64,000 nucleotides of DNA from an uncultured delta proteobacterium (GTDB lineage: Bacteria > Desulfobacterota > Binatia > UBA9968), in NCBI GenBank assembly GCA_963727625.1, contig CAVSHR010000006.1, positions 205,547-269,546 of the forward strand, given 5' to 3'. Positions within the stretch are counted from its first letter, which is position 1. Each line of letters opens with the position of its first letter. This document shows positions 48,496 to 58,309 of the stretch, piece after piece. The translations under genes and the position numbers were made by a program. The notes under the pieces are model-generated. The model did no database searches. It saw nothing but the letters and a program-made list of their open reading frames with translations, and was not told the DNA's origin.

Positions 48496-49932
48496 ATGCA
48501 GAAAAGAGAGTTCATTCGCGGACTACGCGGCGTCCTCGGCGGCCCTTACGTGCTTGTCGAGAAAGAAGACGTCATCGTCTACGAACAGGATGGCTCGATC
48601 TTTCAAGTCATGCCGGAGATCGTCGTTTTGCCGGGCAATGTGGAGGAAATCGCCGCAGTCGTCAAGCTCGCCAAGCAGGCCGATGTCCCGATCGTGCCGC
48701 GCGGTTCGGGAACCGGACTCGCCGGAGGCGCGGTGCCCGCCGAGGGCGGCATCGTCCTATCACTGGCGCGGCTCAATCGCATCTTGAAAATCGATCTCGA
48801 AAACCAAATCGCCATCGTCGAGCCCGGAGTCATCAATATCGACATCTCCAAAGCAGTCGCCAAAGACGGTTTCTTTTATGCGCCGGACCCGAGCAGCCAA
48901 GCGGCTTGTTCGATCGGTGGCAACGTGGCGAACAATTCCGGCGGACCGCACACGCTGGCCTACGGCGTCACGACCAATCACGTCCTCGGCGTCGAGGTCG
49001 TGCTTGATGACGGTCAGATCGTTTGGCTCGGCGGCGAAACGCCCGATGCGCCCGGCTACGATCTCTGCGGCGTCTTCGTCGGCTCGGAAGGCACACTGGG
49101 TATCGTCACCAAAGTCATCGTGCGGCTGATGCGCGCGCGCGAGTCGGTGCGCACGCTGCTGGCGATCTTCGACCAAATGGACAGCGCCACTCAAACCGTC
49201 GTCGACATCACCGCCGCGGGCATCATTCCAGCGGCGTTAGAAATGATGGACCGCACGACGATCGAAGCCGTCGAGCGGGGCGCGCCGGCAGGCTTCCCGC
49301 GCGACGCCGAAGCGGTGCTGCTCGTCGAAGTCGAGGGATTAAACGAGCACACCGAGCGCTCCATTGTGTTGGCCGGAGCAATCTGCCGGCGCAACGGCGC
49401 GCGCGAAGTGAAACTCGCCAAGGATGAAGCCGAGCGCCAGCGCCTCTGGAAAGGCCGCAAAGGCGCCTTCGGCGCCATGGGCACTCTGGCGCCCAACTAT
49501 TACGTCCAGGACGGCGTAGTGCCGCGCAGCCAATTGCCGGAAATGATGCGCCGTGTCGCCGCCATCAGTAAGCAATTCGATCTGCGCATCGCCAATGTAT
49601 TTCACGCTGGCGACGGCAACCTGCATCCCAATATTTTGTTCGACATGCGCACACCCGGCGAGCTCGATCGTGTCATCGAAGCCGGCGCCGCCACGTTGCG
49701 CGCCTGCATCGAGCTCGGCGGCAGCATCACCGGCGAGCACGGCGTCGGCCTGGAGAAAAAAGCGTACATCGGCTTGCAGTTCAATGCGGCCGATCTGGAT
49801 GCGATGGCGCGGGTGCGGCGCGCGTTGGATCCCGACGGGCGCTTTAATCCGGCCAAGCTCTTTCCAACCCCGGTAGGCTGCGGCGAAATACGCTTGCAGC
49901 CGGCGGCAATCCCGGCGGGGTTGTGGGTCTAA
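48496..49932 (+). CDS. glcD: FAD-linked glycolate/D-lactate oxidase subunit GlcD
   Basis: 478 aa with an FAD_binding_4 domain (PRGSGTGLAGGAVP) and an FAD-oxidase C-terminal domain. It is followed by an Fe-S subunit and a second FAD subunit. Confidence 0.88.
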   Translation: MQKREFIRGLRGVLGGPYVLVEKEDVIVYEQDGSIFQVMPEIVVLPGNVEEIAAVVKLAKQADVPIVPRGSGTGLAGGAVPAEGGIVLSLARLNRILKIDLENQIAIVEPGVINIDISKAVAKDGFFYAPDPSSQAACSIGGNVANNSGGPHTLAYGVTTNHVLGVEVVLDDGQIVWLGGETPDAPGYDLCGVFVGSEGTLGIVTKVIVRLMRARESVRTLLAIFDQMDSATQTVVDITAAGIIPAALEMMDRTTIEAVERGAPAGFPRDAEAVLLVEVEGLNEHTERSIVLAGAICRRNGAREVKLAKDEAERQRLWKGRKGAFGAMGTLAPNYYVQDGVVPRSQLPEMMRRVAAISKQFDLRIANVFHAGDGNLHPNILFDMRTPGELDRVIEAGAATLRACIELGGSITGEHGVGLEKKAYIGLQFNAADLDAMARVRRALDPDGRFNPAKLFPTPVGCGEIRLQPAAIPAGLWV

Positions 49933-50038
49933 AATACAGTTGCGAGTTTTGCGTCTCACGTCTTGCGTTCAATTTGAATCTCAATCCTCAAACTCCAACC
50001 CGAGACTCTGGACTCTAGACAAGATAGGCTAAAATCCG

Positions 50039-51331
50039 GTGCATGCAGAGAACGACCAAGAAAACGTGACACGACAGGAACCGGCGGCCCTCGATCTTCC
50101 CGAGCTCTACCAGTGCGTGCACTGCGGTCTCTGTTTAAATCAGTGTCCGACCTATCGCGCCACGCGCCTCGAACCGGAGTCACCGCGCGGCCGGATCCAT
50201 CTGGTCAAGGCTGTCGCCGACGGGCGGATCGAGCTCAACGAACGTTTCAAGGAGCACCTTTATCTCTGTCTTCTCTGCCGCGCCTGCGAGAGCGCTTGCC
50301 CGTCCGGCGTGCAGTACGGTCGCATCGCCGAGGCGGCGCGCGAGCAGCTCGGCCCGCCGGGCACGGAATTCGGCCGCGCGGTTTTGAGTTTCGTTTTTAC
50401 CCAACTGCTTCCCTACCGGCGCCGCTTGCACTTTATCTTCGCGCTCCTGCGGGTCTACCAGCGAACCGGCCTGCAGCGCGCCTTGCGCCGGATGCTGCCC
50501 GAGAAACTACGCGACATGGACGCGCTCCTGCCGGTAATTCCAAGGCGCTTTTTCACGCCGAGGACGCCGGTCCCGCCGGCCATCGGCGAGCAGCGCGCCA
50601 AAGTCGCCATGCTCGACGGTTGCGTCATGCCGCTATTGTTCGGCGATGTGAACGATGCGACCGTGCGCGTGCTGCAGCGCAACGGCTGCGAAGTAATTTT
50701 TCCCGAAAAACAAACTTGCTGCGGCGCGCTCAACCTGCACAACGGCGAGACCGCCGCGGCCAAACGGATGGCGCAGCGTAACATCGACGCATTTCTCGAG
50801 TCCGACGCGGACGCGATCATCGTCAACGCCGCCGGCTGCGGCGCGGCCATGAAGGAATATGGCCACCTGCTGCGCGACGACCCGAAATATTCCGACAAGG
50901 CGGTGCGCTTCAGCGGGCGAGTTAAAGACGCCGGCGAATTTCTCGCCGATCTCGGTCTCATCGGCAAACTCGGTTCCGTCGAGATGACCGTGACCTACCA
51001 GGATCCCTGTCATCTCGCCCACGGGCAGCGCATTCGCAGCCAGCCGCGCCAATTGTTGCAGGCAATACCCGGCCTAAAGCTGGTAGAGATGGAGGGCGCC
51101 GATCGCTGCTGCGGCAGCGCGGGCATTTACAACCTGACTCATTCGGCCATGTCGCAACACTTACTCGACGAAAAAATGCACACGATCGGCGCCACCTACG
51201 CCAGCGCCGTCGTTGCGCCCAACCCCGGCTGCATGCTGCAACTTCGCGCCGGCGCGCGCCGTTCTGGCAATGAGCTGGAAGTTTATCATCTCATGGACCT
51301 GCTCGAGCGGGCCTACCGCGCCGCCGACTAG
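50039..51331 (+). CDS. glcF: Glycolate oxidase iron-sulfur subunit GlcF
   Basis: Two CxxCxxCxxxCP ferredoxin motifs (CVHCGLCLNQCP, CLLCRACESACP) plus two CCG domains. Confidence 0.88.
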   Translation: MHAENDQENVTRQEPAALDLPELYQCVHCGLCLNQCPTYRATRLEPESPRGRIHLVKAVADGRIELNERFKEHLYLCLLCRACESACPSGVQYGRIAEAAREQLGPPGTEFGRAVLSFVFTQLLPYRRRLHFIFALLRVYQRTGLQRALRRMLPEKLRDMDALLPVIPRRFFTPRTPVPPAIGEQRAKVAMLDGCVMPLLFGDVNDATVRVLQRNGCEVIFPEKQTCCGALNLHNGETAAAKRMAQRNIDAFLESDADAIIVNAAGCGAAMKEYGHLLRDDPKYSDKAVRFSGRVKDAGEFLADLGLIGKLGSVEMTVTYQDPCHLAHGQRIRSQPRQLLQAIPGLKLVEMEGADRCCGSAGIYNLTHSAMSQHLLDEKMHTIGATYASAVVAPNPGCMLQLRAGARRSGNELEVYHLMDLLERAYRAAD

Positions 51332-51341
51332 CTACGAGGCG

Positions 51342-52616
51342 ATGAAATCGATTGTCGATCAGTTAAAGCAAAAGCTCGAGTCGGCTTTGGCCGCCGGTGC
51401 AGTGGCCAATGAAGCCAACGCTCTCAAAAAATTTCAGGTAGACGGCAGGGAACCGGCGCTGGTGGTGACGCCTCAGTCTGTCGCAGAGATCGCGGCCGCA
51501 CTGCGCATCTGCGCCGAAGCGCAAGCCGTTGTGATTCCTTGGGGCGGCGGCACCGCGATGGCGATCGGCAACCCGCCGCACCGCGCCGATGTCGTCATCG
51601 AGTTAAATAAATTCAACCGGCTGATCGAGCATGATGCCGCCAACCTCACGGTAACCGTGCAAAGCGGCGCTGTTCTCAGCTCCGCGCAAACTGCGCTTGA
51701 AGGGCAAAGGCAGTTCGTCCCTTTCGACCCACCCTTTGCCGACCGGGCAACGTTCGGCTCCATCGTTGCTGCCAACTTGAACGGTCCAAGGCGCAGCAGC
51801 TACGGCAGCGTGCGCGATTTGGTCATCGGCATGAAGGTCATTCTTGCGACCGGCGAAGAGATCAAGGCCGGCGGCAAGGTCGTTAAAAACGTCGCCGGCT
51901 ACGATCTGTGCAAGCTCTTCGTCGGTTCCTTGGGCACTCTCGGAATCATCACCGAAGTGACCCTCCGACTGGCGCCGATTCCCGAGAGCGCCACGACGCT
52001 GATCGCCACCGGCGACCTGGCTCAGGCCGAGCGCTTCGCCGTCGAGCTGTTCCGCTCGCCCCTGCTGCCGGCGGCGGTTTTTCTTTTCAGTGAGGACAGC
52101 GGCAAACGCTGGCGCGTCGCGGTGCGCTGGGAAGGCTTCGAAGAAACCGTAGCGCGCCGGCTGCGCGATTCGGGAGCCTTGGCGACGGACACCGGTATGA
52201 ACGAAGAAATTTTACGCACTGCAGAACAGAGCGCGCTATGGCGCCGGCTGTGCGATCTTCCGCTCCAGACCGAATCTCTGGTTTACCGCGTCACCTTGCC
52301 CCGCGCTGCGGTCTTTGGTTTGTTGCAGCACGCCCGGCATTGGCCGGTTCTAGAAACCGCCGGCGACGTGGCAACGGGAACAGTGTGGATTGCCTGCGCG
52401 CCCAAGCCGGTTTCTCTCGAGCTATTTTCCCAGCTGACTGAATTGGCTCAAGCTCAGCGCGGCCATGCGGTCATTTTCGCCGCCCCCGCCGCATTGAAAT
52501 CCGCTATTAACGTCTGGGGAACCTCGCCATCGACGATTTCGCTGATGCGCGAAATCAAGCGCCAGTTCGACCCGAAAGGATTGCTCAATCCCGGCCGCTA
52601 TGTCGGTGGCCTGTGA
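51342..52616 (+). CDS. glcE: Glycolate oxidase FAD-binding subunit GlcE-like
   Basis: FAD_binding_4 pattern (PWGGGTAM...KNVAGYDLCKLFVGSLGTLG). ATG 51342 follows the glcF stop. Confidence 0.8.
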   Translation: MKSIVDQLKQKLESALAAGAVANEANALKKFQVDGREPALVVTPQSVAEIAAALRICAEAQAVVIPWGGGTAMAIGNPPHRADVVIELNKFNRLIEHDAANLTVTVQSGAVLSSAQTALEGQRQFVPFDPPFADRATFGSIVAANLNGPRRSSYGSVRDLVIGMKVILATGEEIKAGGKVVKNVAGYDLCKLFVGSLGTLGIITEVTLRLAPIPESATTLIATGDLAQAERFAVELFRSPLLPAAVFLFSEDSGKRWRVAVRWEGFEETVARRLRDSGALATDTGMNEEILRTAEQSALWRRLCDLPLQTESLVYRVTLPRAAVFGLLQHARHWPVLETAGDVATGTVWIACAPKPVSLELFSQLTELAQAQRGHAVIFAAPAALKSAINVWGTSPSTISLMREIKRQFDPKGLLNPGRYVGGL

Positions 52617-52661
52617 ATTTCCTTGCTGAAGACTCAGGACCCAGTCCCTAGCGTCCGAAAC

Positions 52662-53258
52662 CTAAAAAAACCGAATCACCCAAGAACTGAACCAGTTGTC
52701 AAAGCCGAATCCGGCACTGCCGCGGAGCGCAAAGTAGACCGCAGCAGCGAGAAATACCAGATTGTCGCGCAGGCCGACTTCGTGAGCGTGATAGGATTGC
52801 CGATCGAAAGAGCGAAAATAAATTTGCGCCTTCTCTTCCTTGATGGCATTTTTCACCACCGGCGCCATGGCCGGCAAAACTTTTAGCCAATGCCAGTGGA
52901 GCGCGAAGGTGGGAATTAAGAAGATGACGATCATCAGCGCGGTGATCGGCGTCTGAATCCCGGCGGCCACGCCGAAGCCGCCGACGACCATCAGAAAGGT
53001 TGCGACGAAGCCGAAATAGACCGCGCCTTGGGGAAATAAAAGACTCGCGGTATTGACCGGATTGGGCCAGCGCCGAACGTTGCTCAGGCCGCTGATCAAC
53101 ATGCGCCAACCAAGAATAACTCGCAACGTCGCTTCGGCCAGCAGTACCAGTATTGTCTGTTCCAATGGGGAATTCCTTCCGTCATGTTGCCGCGCTACAT
53201 ACCGCCGTAATATATCCACCGGTAGGAAGATGGTCAATTGCCGCACGCAATGGGACAA
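52662..53258 (-). CDS. DoxX-like integral membrane protein (tentative)
   Basis: About 4 hydrophobic segments. The family call is weak and the start is uncertain. Confidence 0.4.
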   Translation of the reverse strand: MSHCVRQLTIFLPVDILRRYVARQHDGRNSPLEQTILVLLAEATLRVILGWRMLISGLSNVRRWPNPVNTASLLFPQGAVYFGFVATFLMVVGGFGVAAGIQTPITALMIVIFLIPTFALHWHWLKVLPAMAPVVKNAIKEEKAQIYFRSFDRQSYHAHEVGLRDNLVFLAAAVYFALRGSAGFGFDNWFSSWVIRFF

Positions 53259-53449
53259 TTACGGTCCTCGCTCCAGCAGATTGGCAAACGGCCAACGACA
53301 GAACTCCGCTTCACCATTGGCTGATTTATCGCGAAAATTGCTAATTTTGATTGTTTCTGCCAAGAAAGTTCTTTACTATGCGGCTCACGGCGCCGATGAG
53401 AAACTGGCACAGCGGTTGCTCTTACGTCCGCTGTGATTCGGAGGTGGTA

Positions 53450-54667
53450 ATGCGGAGCGCAAGACGATGGTTCATTTCACTTTGCTTGAGCTTCTTGGTG
53501 TGTTTACCCGCCAAGGCCACGGCTGAGAGTAATTCCTCGAACTCCAAGCCGTTTCCGGTCCCTGCCGGCCTCGAATCTTCGGTTGAGTTTTGGAAGAAAA
53601 TTTTTACCGAATACAACCGTTCTCAAATGATTTTTTTCGATCCCCTCGATTTGAGCAAGATCTACGAGGTGATCGAAGTCGGCGAAGACAACCGCTCCAA
53701 CGATTTTATCAACGCCGAGCGGAAGCGCGTTGCGGGAGAAAACGGTGTCGATATTGAACGGGTCAAAACTCAGCGTGGCATAAAAGAACGCACCGCCGAA
53801 GGCATTACCCGATCGGGACGTTATCTCCAGCAAATAAAGAATATTTTTACCGAGCGCGGATTGCCGGCCGAGCTTGTTTATCTACCGATCGTAGAATCGT
53901 CGTATGACATAAATGCCCGATCCTCCGTCGGCGCCTTGGGCATCTGGCAGTTCATGCCCCGAACCGGGCGGCAGTATCTCCGCATTAGCCGGGGTGTCGA
54001 CGAAAGAAAAGATCCGCTGGAATCTTCCCGCGCGGCCGCCGCCTATCTCCAAGAAGCATACGAAACGCTCGGCAATTGGCCTCTGGCGATTACCTCTTAT
54101 AATTTCGGACCAGCCGGCATGGCGCGCGCCGTGGCTGTGGTGGAGTCCGAAGACCTCGTTGAATTAATTCAAAGCTATGAGCATCGCTACTGGGGATTTG
54201 CGCCGAAGAATTTTTACGCGGAATTTCTAGCGGCAGTCGAGATCGGCAGCAACGTGAGCCGGTATTTCCCCGGCCTCGAGGCCGATGCTCCGGTTGAGAT
54301 CAAGGAAGTCGAAGTGAAACGCCGCACCAGAGTGGCGACGCTCGTCAAATCTTCGGGACTAAAGCATGAAGAGTTTCTCGGGTGGAACCCGGCGCTTAGC
54401 CGGGGTATCCGGGTCATCCCCGCAGGCTATCGCGTTAAACTTCCCGCCGATAAGGCCGCCGAGCCGCTCGTCGTCGCGGCGCAAAATCGAAACTCCGAGT
54501 CGAATGCCCAACCGCAAGTCGTGCATCACCGCGTAAAACGCGGCGAGACGCTTTATGAGATTGCGCGCCGCTATGGCGCGTCAGTGGAGAGGATCATCCA
54601 GGCAAACAACATCCGCCACGCGCGTCTCTTGAGAGTCGGCACGACGCTGCGAATCCCGCGAATATAA
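53450..54667 (+). CDS. MltD-like lytic transglycosylase (SLT domain + LysM)
   Basis: GGAGG RBS and a signal peptide. SLT motif (LPIVESSYDINARSSVGALGIWQFMPRTG) and a C-terminal LysM (HRVKRGETLYEIARRYGASVERIIQANN). Confidence 0.88.
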   Translation: MRSARRWFISLCLSFLVCLPAKATAESNSSNSKPFPVPAGLESSVEFWKKIFTEYNRSQMIFFDPLDLSKIYEVIEVGEDNRSNDFINAERKRVAGENGVDIERVKTQRGIKERTAEGITRSGRYLQQIKNIFTERGLPAELVYLPIVESSYDINARSSVGALGIWQFMPRTGRQYLRISRGVDERKDPLESSRAAAAYLQEAYETLGNWPLAITSYNFGPAGMARAVAVVESEDLVELIQSYEHRYWGFAPKNFYAEFLAAVEIGSNVSRYFPGLEADAPVEIKEVEVKRRTRVATLVKSSGLKHEEFLGWNPALSRGIRVIPAGYRVKLPADKAAEPLVVAAQNRNSESNAQPQVVHHRVKRGETLYEIARRYGASVERIIQANNIRHARLLRVGTTLRIPRI

Positions 54668-54808
54668 AATTCCCGCCAATTAAACCGGCGTTAAGTCTGA
54701 CGGCCGGGGCGATGAATGTCGCCCAGGCCTCACTTTCTCTAACTCATTTTTTTATCTCAGCAAGAGCTGCCGGTCTGTCACCGGCGCGGCTTGTTCGGCG
54801 CGCGCGCG

Positions 54809-54838
54809 TTGACAAATTTTCCGCGGGCCGGATATAGT
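54809..54838 (+). promoter_or_regulatory. Sigma-70-type promoter placing the TSS at or next to ATG 54846 (leaderless?)
   Basis: TTGACA (54809-54814), an 18-nt spacer, then TATAGT (54833-54838). Only 7 nt separate it from ATG 54846 and there is no RBS. Confidence 0.4.
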
Positions 54839-54845
54839 TGACGGC

Positions 54846-55922
54846 ATGGCAGCCCAAGCGCTTGTCAAAGGAATCGGCCTGCGAAAAATTCGCAAAAGCA
54901 TTCTTGCATGCCTTTTGTCTCAAGGAGAAAACTTGGGTGGTGAATTACATCCAAGATCGCTGGAATATGGAACAAAGACCGCTGAGACGGTGTACGACCA
55001 GTGGTTGTCGATTCTGACGGCGGACGGTAAGAACAGCATCAAGGACATGCAGGAATATTTCGATTTCGTTCACGCCCAAAAGCAAATCACGGCGCCGATC
55101 AATGTCGCCGCGGTGACGGATTACTCGTTGGTCGATCAGGTGATGGCGGGGAAATTGGCAATGGGAGTCTCGTGGTCTAGGGTCCAGGATCTAGAGTTAA
55201 TCCTAGACGCGAGGCGCGAAACTCTAGACTTGAATAACGTGAAGGAGTTCAACATGGACGGTAAAGCACTAGTTGATTCAGTCAAGAAAGAAGTCATCGA
55301 GCCCGGCATTAAGCGCTTGATGGATACGCAATATTTCACCGAATTGCGCCAGGGCAAGTTGTCGGTCAAACGGCTTCAAGGTTGGGCGATGCAACATTAT
55401 CTTCACAATAAAGCGATTCTCAAATCGTTTGCTCTAGGCATGGTCAAAAACGCCCAGGATCAGACGATGATCGATTACTTCACCTATCAGATGAACGAAG
55501 AGCAATCGCATCCCGATTTGGCGAAACGTTTTGGCTTGGCCCTGGGACTGAAGGAGGAAGACTTCGCCGAAGCGACGCAGATTTTCGAGTGTCAAATCCA
55601 CTCGGCCCGCACGGTGTACAACACGCTGACGGGGATTGCGCCGCAAAATCGCGCTTCGGCGATGACCAGCGAAAGCATGGTGTGCCGCTACTCCGAAGAG
55701 TTTTTGAACGCCGGGCGCAAACATTACGGGCTCAGCGATCATGATTTAGTTTTCTTCACCACTCACATGGTAGCGGATATCGAACACACCGCGCAGTCGG
55801 CCGACCTGATCGCGCGCATGGTGAAGACACCGCGCGAGGAGCGGCTGGTGCGCGAAAGCGCGCAGTATATGGTACGTATCAAATTGGGCAAATTCGACGG
55901 TATCTACCGCGAATACGCTTAA
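54846..55922 (+). CDS. Protein with a TenA/PqqC-like (heme-oxygenase-like fold) C-terminal domain; N-terminal 136 aa of unclear origin
   Basis: 358-aa ORF. An internal ATG at 55254 has a strong AAGGAG RBS and starts the TenA/PqqC-like part (YFTELRQGKLSVKRLQGWAMQHY...MNEEQSHPDL...HMVADIEH). The true start is therefore ambiguous. Confidence 0.6.
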   Translation: MAAQALVKGIGLRKIRKSILACLLSQGENLGGELHPRSLEYGTKTAETVYDQWLSILTADGKNSIKDMQEYFDFVHAQKQITAPINVAAVTDYSLVDQVMAGKLAMGVSWSRVQDLELILDARRETLDLNNVKEFNMDGKALVDSVKKEVIEPGIKRLMDTQYFTELRQGKLSVKRLQGWAMQHYLHNKAILKSFALGMVKNAQDQTMIDYFTYQMNEEQSHPDLAKRFGLALGLKEEDFAEATQIFECQIHSARTVYNTLTGIAPQNRASAMTSESMVCRYSEEFLNAGRKHYGLSDHDLVFFTTHMVADIEHTAQSADLIARMVKTPREERLVRESAQYMVRIKLGKFDGIYREYA

Positions 55923-55940
55923 GGACAGTTTAAGGTTTGA

Positions 55941-55991
55941 GGTTCAAAGTTTGGCCTGATTCCTTGAATCCGGACCCTTGAACTTTGAACC
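55941..55991. terminator. Inverted repeat between convergent genes
   Basis: GGTTCAAAGTT (55941-55951) pairs with AACTTTGAACC (55981-55991). A small internal hairpin is GATTC-CTT-GAATC. Confidence 0.35.
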
Positions 55992-55998
55992 TTGAACG

Positions 55999-56685
55999 CT
56001 ACAAGTTTCTCAGTGCGGTCGCTTCGATCTCCAGTAAATATTTCTCGCCGGCGAAGCCGTCGACAAAGCCATATTCGATCTCCGAATCGGTTAACCTGCC
56101 GGAACTTGCCAGGACTCCCCGGACGGTTTCGAGATCGTGCCCCCGCTGCAGAAGCACCGATAGCTTCATCACCGTGGACCAGTCGGTCCGAGCGCGAGCC
56201 AAGACATCATCAAGCGTGGTGAGAATTTCCCTGACCTGCTTCCGTAATGTCGGCGCCTCAGATGTAAAGCCCGAGAAAAATACAACAGAGTCGTACTCCA
56301 AATAACAAAGATAATTTCGCACCGGATCGAAATCCACCGGCCGGCGCTCGGCGCCGCTGATGGTCGGCTTCATGGCCATTAGCTCCAAACCAGCTGTTGC
56401 ATCCGACTCGAACCACTCTTGCGAAATAAAGCTGGAACTTGCGACACGGCGGTTGCCCGCAAGAATTCTCGAGCGCGCCGCGGCGGCCCGCGTGCGCCCA
56501 TCCTTGTCGCGCCCCCAGACCCGGACGCGTACTGCATCGTTCAATGAAAAACCGCGAGCCTCAAGTGTCGCCGTGAACCGGTCGAATAATTCTTCAGTTG
56601 CCGTGTCTGTCGCGATTCCGGATTTTCCTTCGCCGGAAACCTCGATGAATTCCCGACCGAGCCAATTAAACAATCTGACTTGCAT
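55999..56685 (-). CDS. RidA/YjgF-like protein, apparently two tandem domains (tentative)
   Basis: 228 aa. Both halves show the YjgF-like pattern (short beta-alpha-beta units, for example DAVRVRVW and VMKLSVLL). Weak call. Confidence 0.45.
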   Translation of the reverse strand: MQVRLFNWLGREFIEVSGEGKSGIATDTATEELFDRFTATLEARGFSLNDAVRVRVWGRDKDGRTRAAAARSRILAGNRRVASSSFISQEWFESDATAGLELMAMKPTISGAERRPVDFDPVRNYLCYLEYDSVVFFSGFTSEAPTLRKQVREILTTLDDVLARARTDWSTVMKLSVLLQRGHDLETVRGVLASSGRLTDSEIEYGFVDGFAGEKYLLEIEATALRNL

Positions 56686-56800
56686 AGTGGCGCCACTCTA
56701 CTGCAAAGTAAGGCCCCGTCAAAGAACCATGTAAGGGTAGTCCCTGTGCCCGCCCTCTTGGATCGGGACCGTTGAGAGTCACCTGCCTAATCCATTTGGA

Positions 56801-57241
56801 TTGGACGCAAAACGAAAGGACCACAGTCGCCCGATGTTCGCCCGTCTGATCAGTGCCGAAGGTCAAAGCCGCTCAGCAAAGACGGTGGAAGTATTCGGTT
56901 GGCTGATTCTGCTCGAAGGAACCCTTGCCTTGTTTGCACCGAACTTTTTAGTTTCGGTGCTGGGGACCGAAACCCTCACGCCCCAAGCCGCAAACTATTT
57001 TCGGCTGGTTGGCCTGCTGGTGTGCGGACTCGGCATGCTCTATATCGCCAGCGGCCGGTTGAACTCCGAAGGTTTTATTTTCGCTTCGATGCTCGACCGG
57101 CCGTTGGTTCCCTTTGCGATGGCGATTCTTTGGCATTTAGACATTCTCCCGGGACCGCTCGCGCTGATCTTCTCGATCCAGGACTTCGGTGGCTTTCTTT
57201 GGACGCTATTCACATGGCGCGCGGAACACGAATCACGATAG
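56801..57241 (+). CDS. Small hydrophobic membrane protein, unknown function
   Basis: 146 aa with 4 predicted hydrophobic segments. It lies directly upstream of the reductase gene. Confidence 0.5.
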   Translation: MDAKRKDHSRPMFARLISAEGQSRSAKTVEVFGWLILLEGTLALFAPNFLVSVLGTETLTPQAANYFRLVGLLVCGLGMLYIASGRLNSEGFIFASMLDRPLVPFAMAILWHLDILPGPLALIFSIQDFGGFLWTLFTWRAEHESR

Positions 57242-57250
57242 GTTGGAGAA

Positions 57251-58150
57251 ATGGATATGAGCAACGCTGTCATCGGTTTCATCGGTCTCGGCATCATGGG
57301 CAAGCCCATGGCGCGGAATTTGGTAAAGGCTGGCTACCCTCTAGTCGTACACAACCGCAGCCGCGGCGCGGTCGACGAGCTCAGCAAGGAAGGAGCGCAA
57401 CCGGCGACCAGCTCGAAAGAAGTTGCCGCGCGCAGCGAAATCATCATTACCATGTTGCCCGACTCACCGGATGTCGAACTCGTGTACGCAGGCGAAGAGG
57501 GAATTTTTTCCGGCGTGAAACCCGGCAAGCTGCTCGTCGACATGTCGAGCATCTCACCCGTCGTCGCGCGCAAGCTCGCTGGCCTGGCTGAGAAGCGCGG
57601 CTGCGACATGCTCGACGCGCCGGTAAGCGGAGGTGAAGCCGGCGCGATCAGCGCGAATTTATCGATCATGATCGGCGGCAAAGTCTCCGCGGTCGAACTC
57701 GCGATGCCGATCTTTCAGGCCCTTGGCAAGAACATCGTCCACGTCGGCGACGCCGGCGCCGGACAGGTGACCAAAGCGGCGAATCAAATGGTGGTCGGTA
57801 CCACCATCGCCATCGTCGGCGAAGCTCTGGTGCTCGCCGCCAAGGCCGGCGTCGATCCGGCGAAGGTCAGGCAAGCGCTGCTCGGCGGCTTCGCCCAGTC
57901 GAAAATCCTCGAAGCCCATGGTCAGAAGATGCTCGACCGCAATTTCAAGCCCGGCTTTCGTATTGTCCTGCACGAGAAAGACATGAAGATCGCGCTCGCA
58001 ACCGGATCAGAATACGGTGTGCCGCTCATGGTCACCGGCGTCGTCGGCCAGATGATGACCGCGATGAAAGGCATGGGCAACGGCGATCTGGATCACTCGG
58101 GGTTAGTGAAGTTCGTCGAAGAACTCGCGAAGCAACAGCTGCGTCGCTAG
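57251..58150 (+). CDS. 2-hydroxy-3-oxopropionate (tartronate semialdehyde) reductase / 3-hydroxyisobutyrate dehydrogenase family
   Basis: N-terminal Rossmann motif IGFIGLGIMGKPMARNL. Family motifs are present (DAPVSGG, GDAGAGQVTKAANQ). Confidence 0.88.
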   Translation: MDMSNAVIGFIGLGIMGKPMARNLVKAGYPLVVHNRSRGAVDELSKEGAQPATSSKEVAARSEIIITMLPDSPDVELVYAGEEGIFSGVKPGKLLVDMSSISPVVARKLAGLAEKRGCDMLDAPVSGGEAGAISANLSIMIGGKVSAVELAMPIFQALGKNIVHVGDAGAGQVTKAANQMVVGTTIAIVGEALVLAAKAGVDPAKVRQALLGGFAQSKILEAHGQKMLDRNFKPGFRIVLHEKDMKIALATGSEYGVPLMVTGVVGQMMTAMKGMGNGDLDHSGLVKFVEELAKQQLRR

Positions 58151-58226
58151 CGCATCAGCTGCCAGTGGCTTAGTACGGCGCGCTAACGCACCCCACCTGC
58201 AAAGAAAATTTGCCCAAACTCTCACC

Positions 58227-58270
58227 CTCGCTCAAACCCTCTCCCGCAAGCGGGAGAGGGTTTGAGCGAG
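58227..58270. repeat. Perfect 20-bp-arm palindrome (REP-like / bidirectional terminator)
   Basis: CTCGCTCAAACCCTCTCCCG-CAAG-CGGGAGAGGGTTTGAGCGAG, between convergent genes. Confidence 0.7.
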
Positions 58271-58309
58271 AACTCCATGGCTCCGACAGTGGCGATTTCC
58301 GACGGACGG

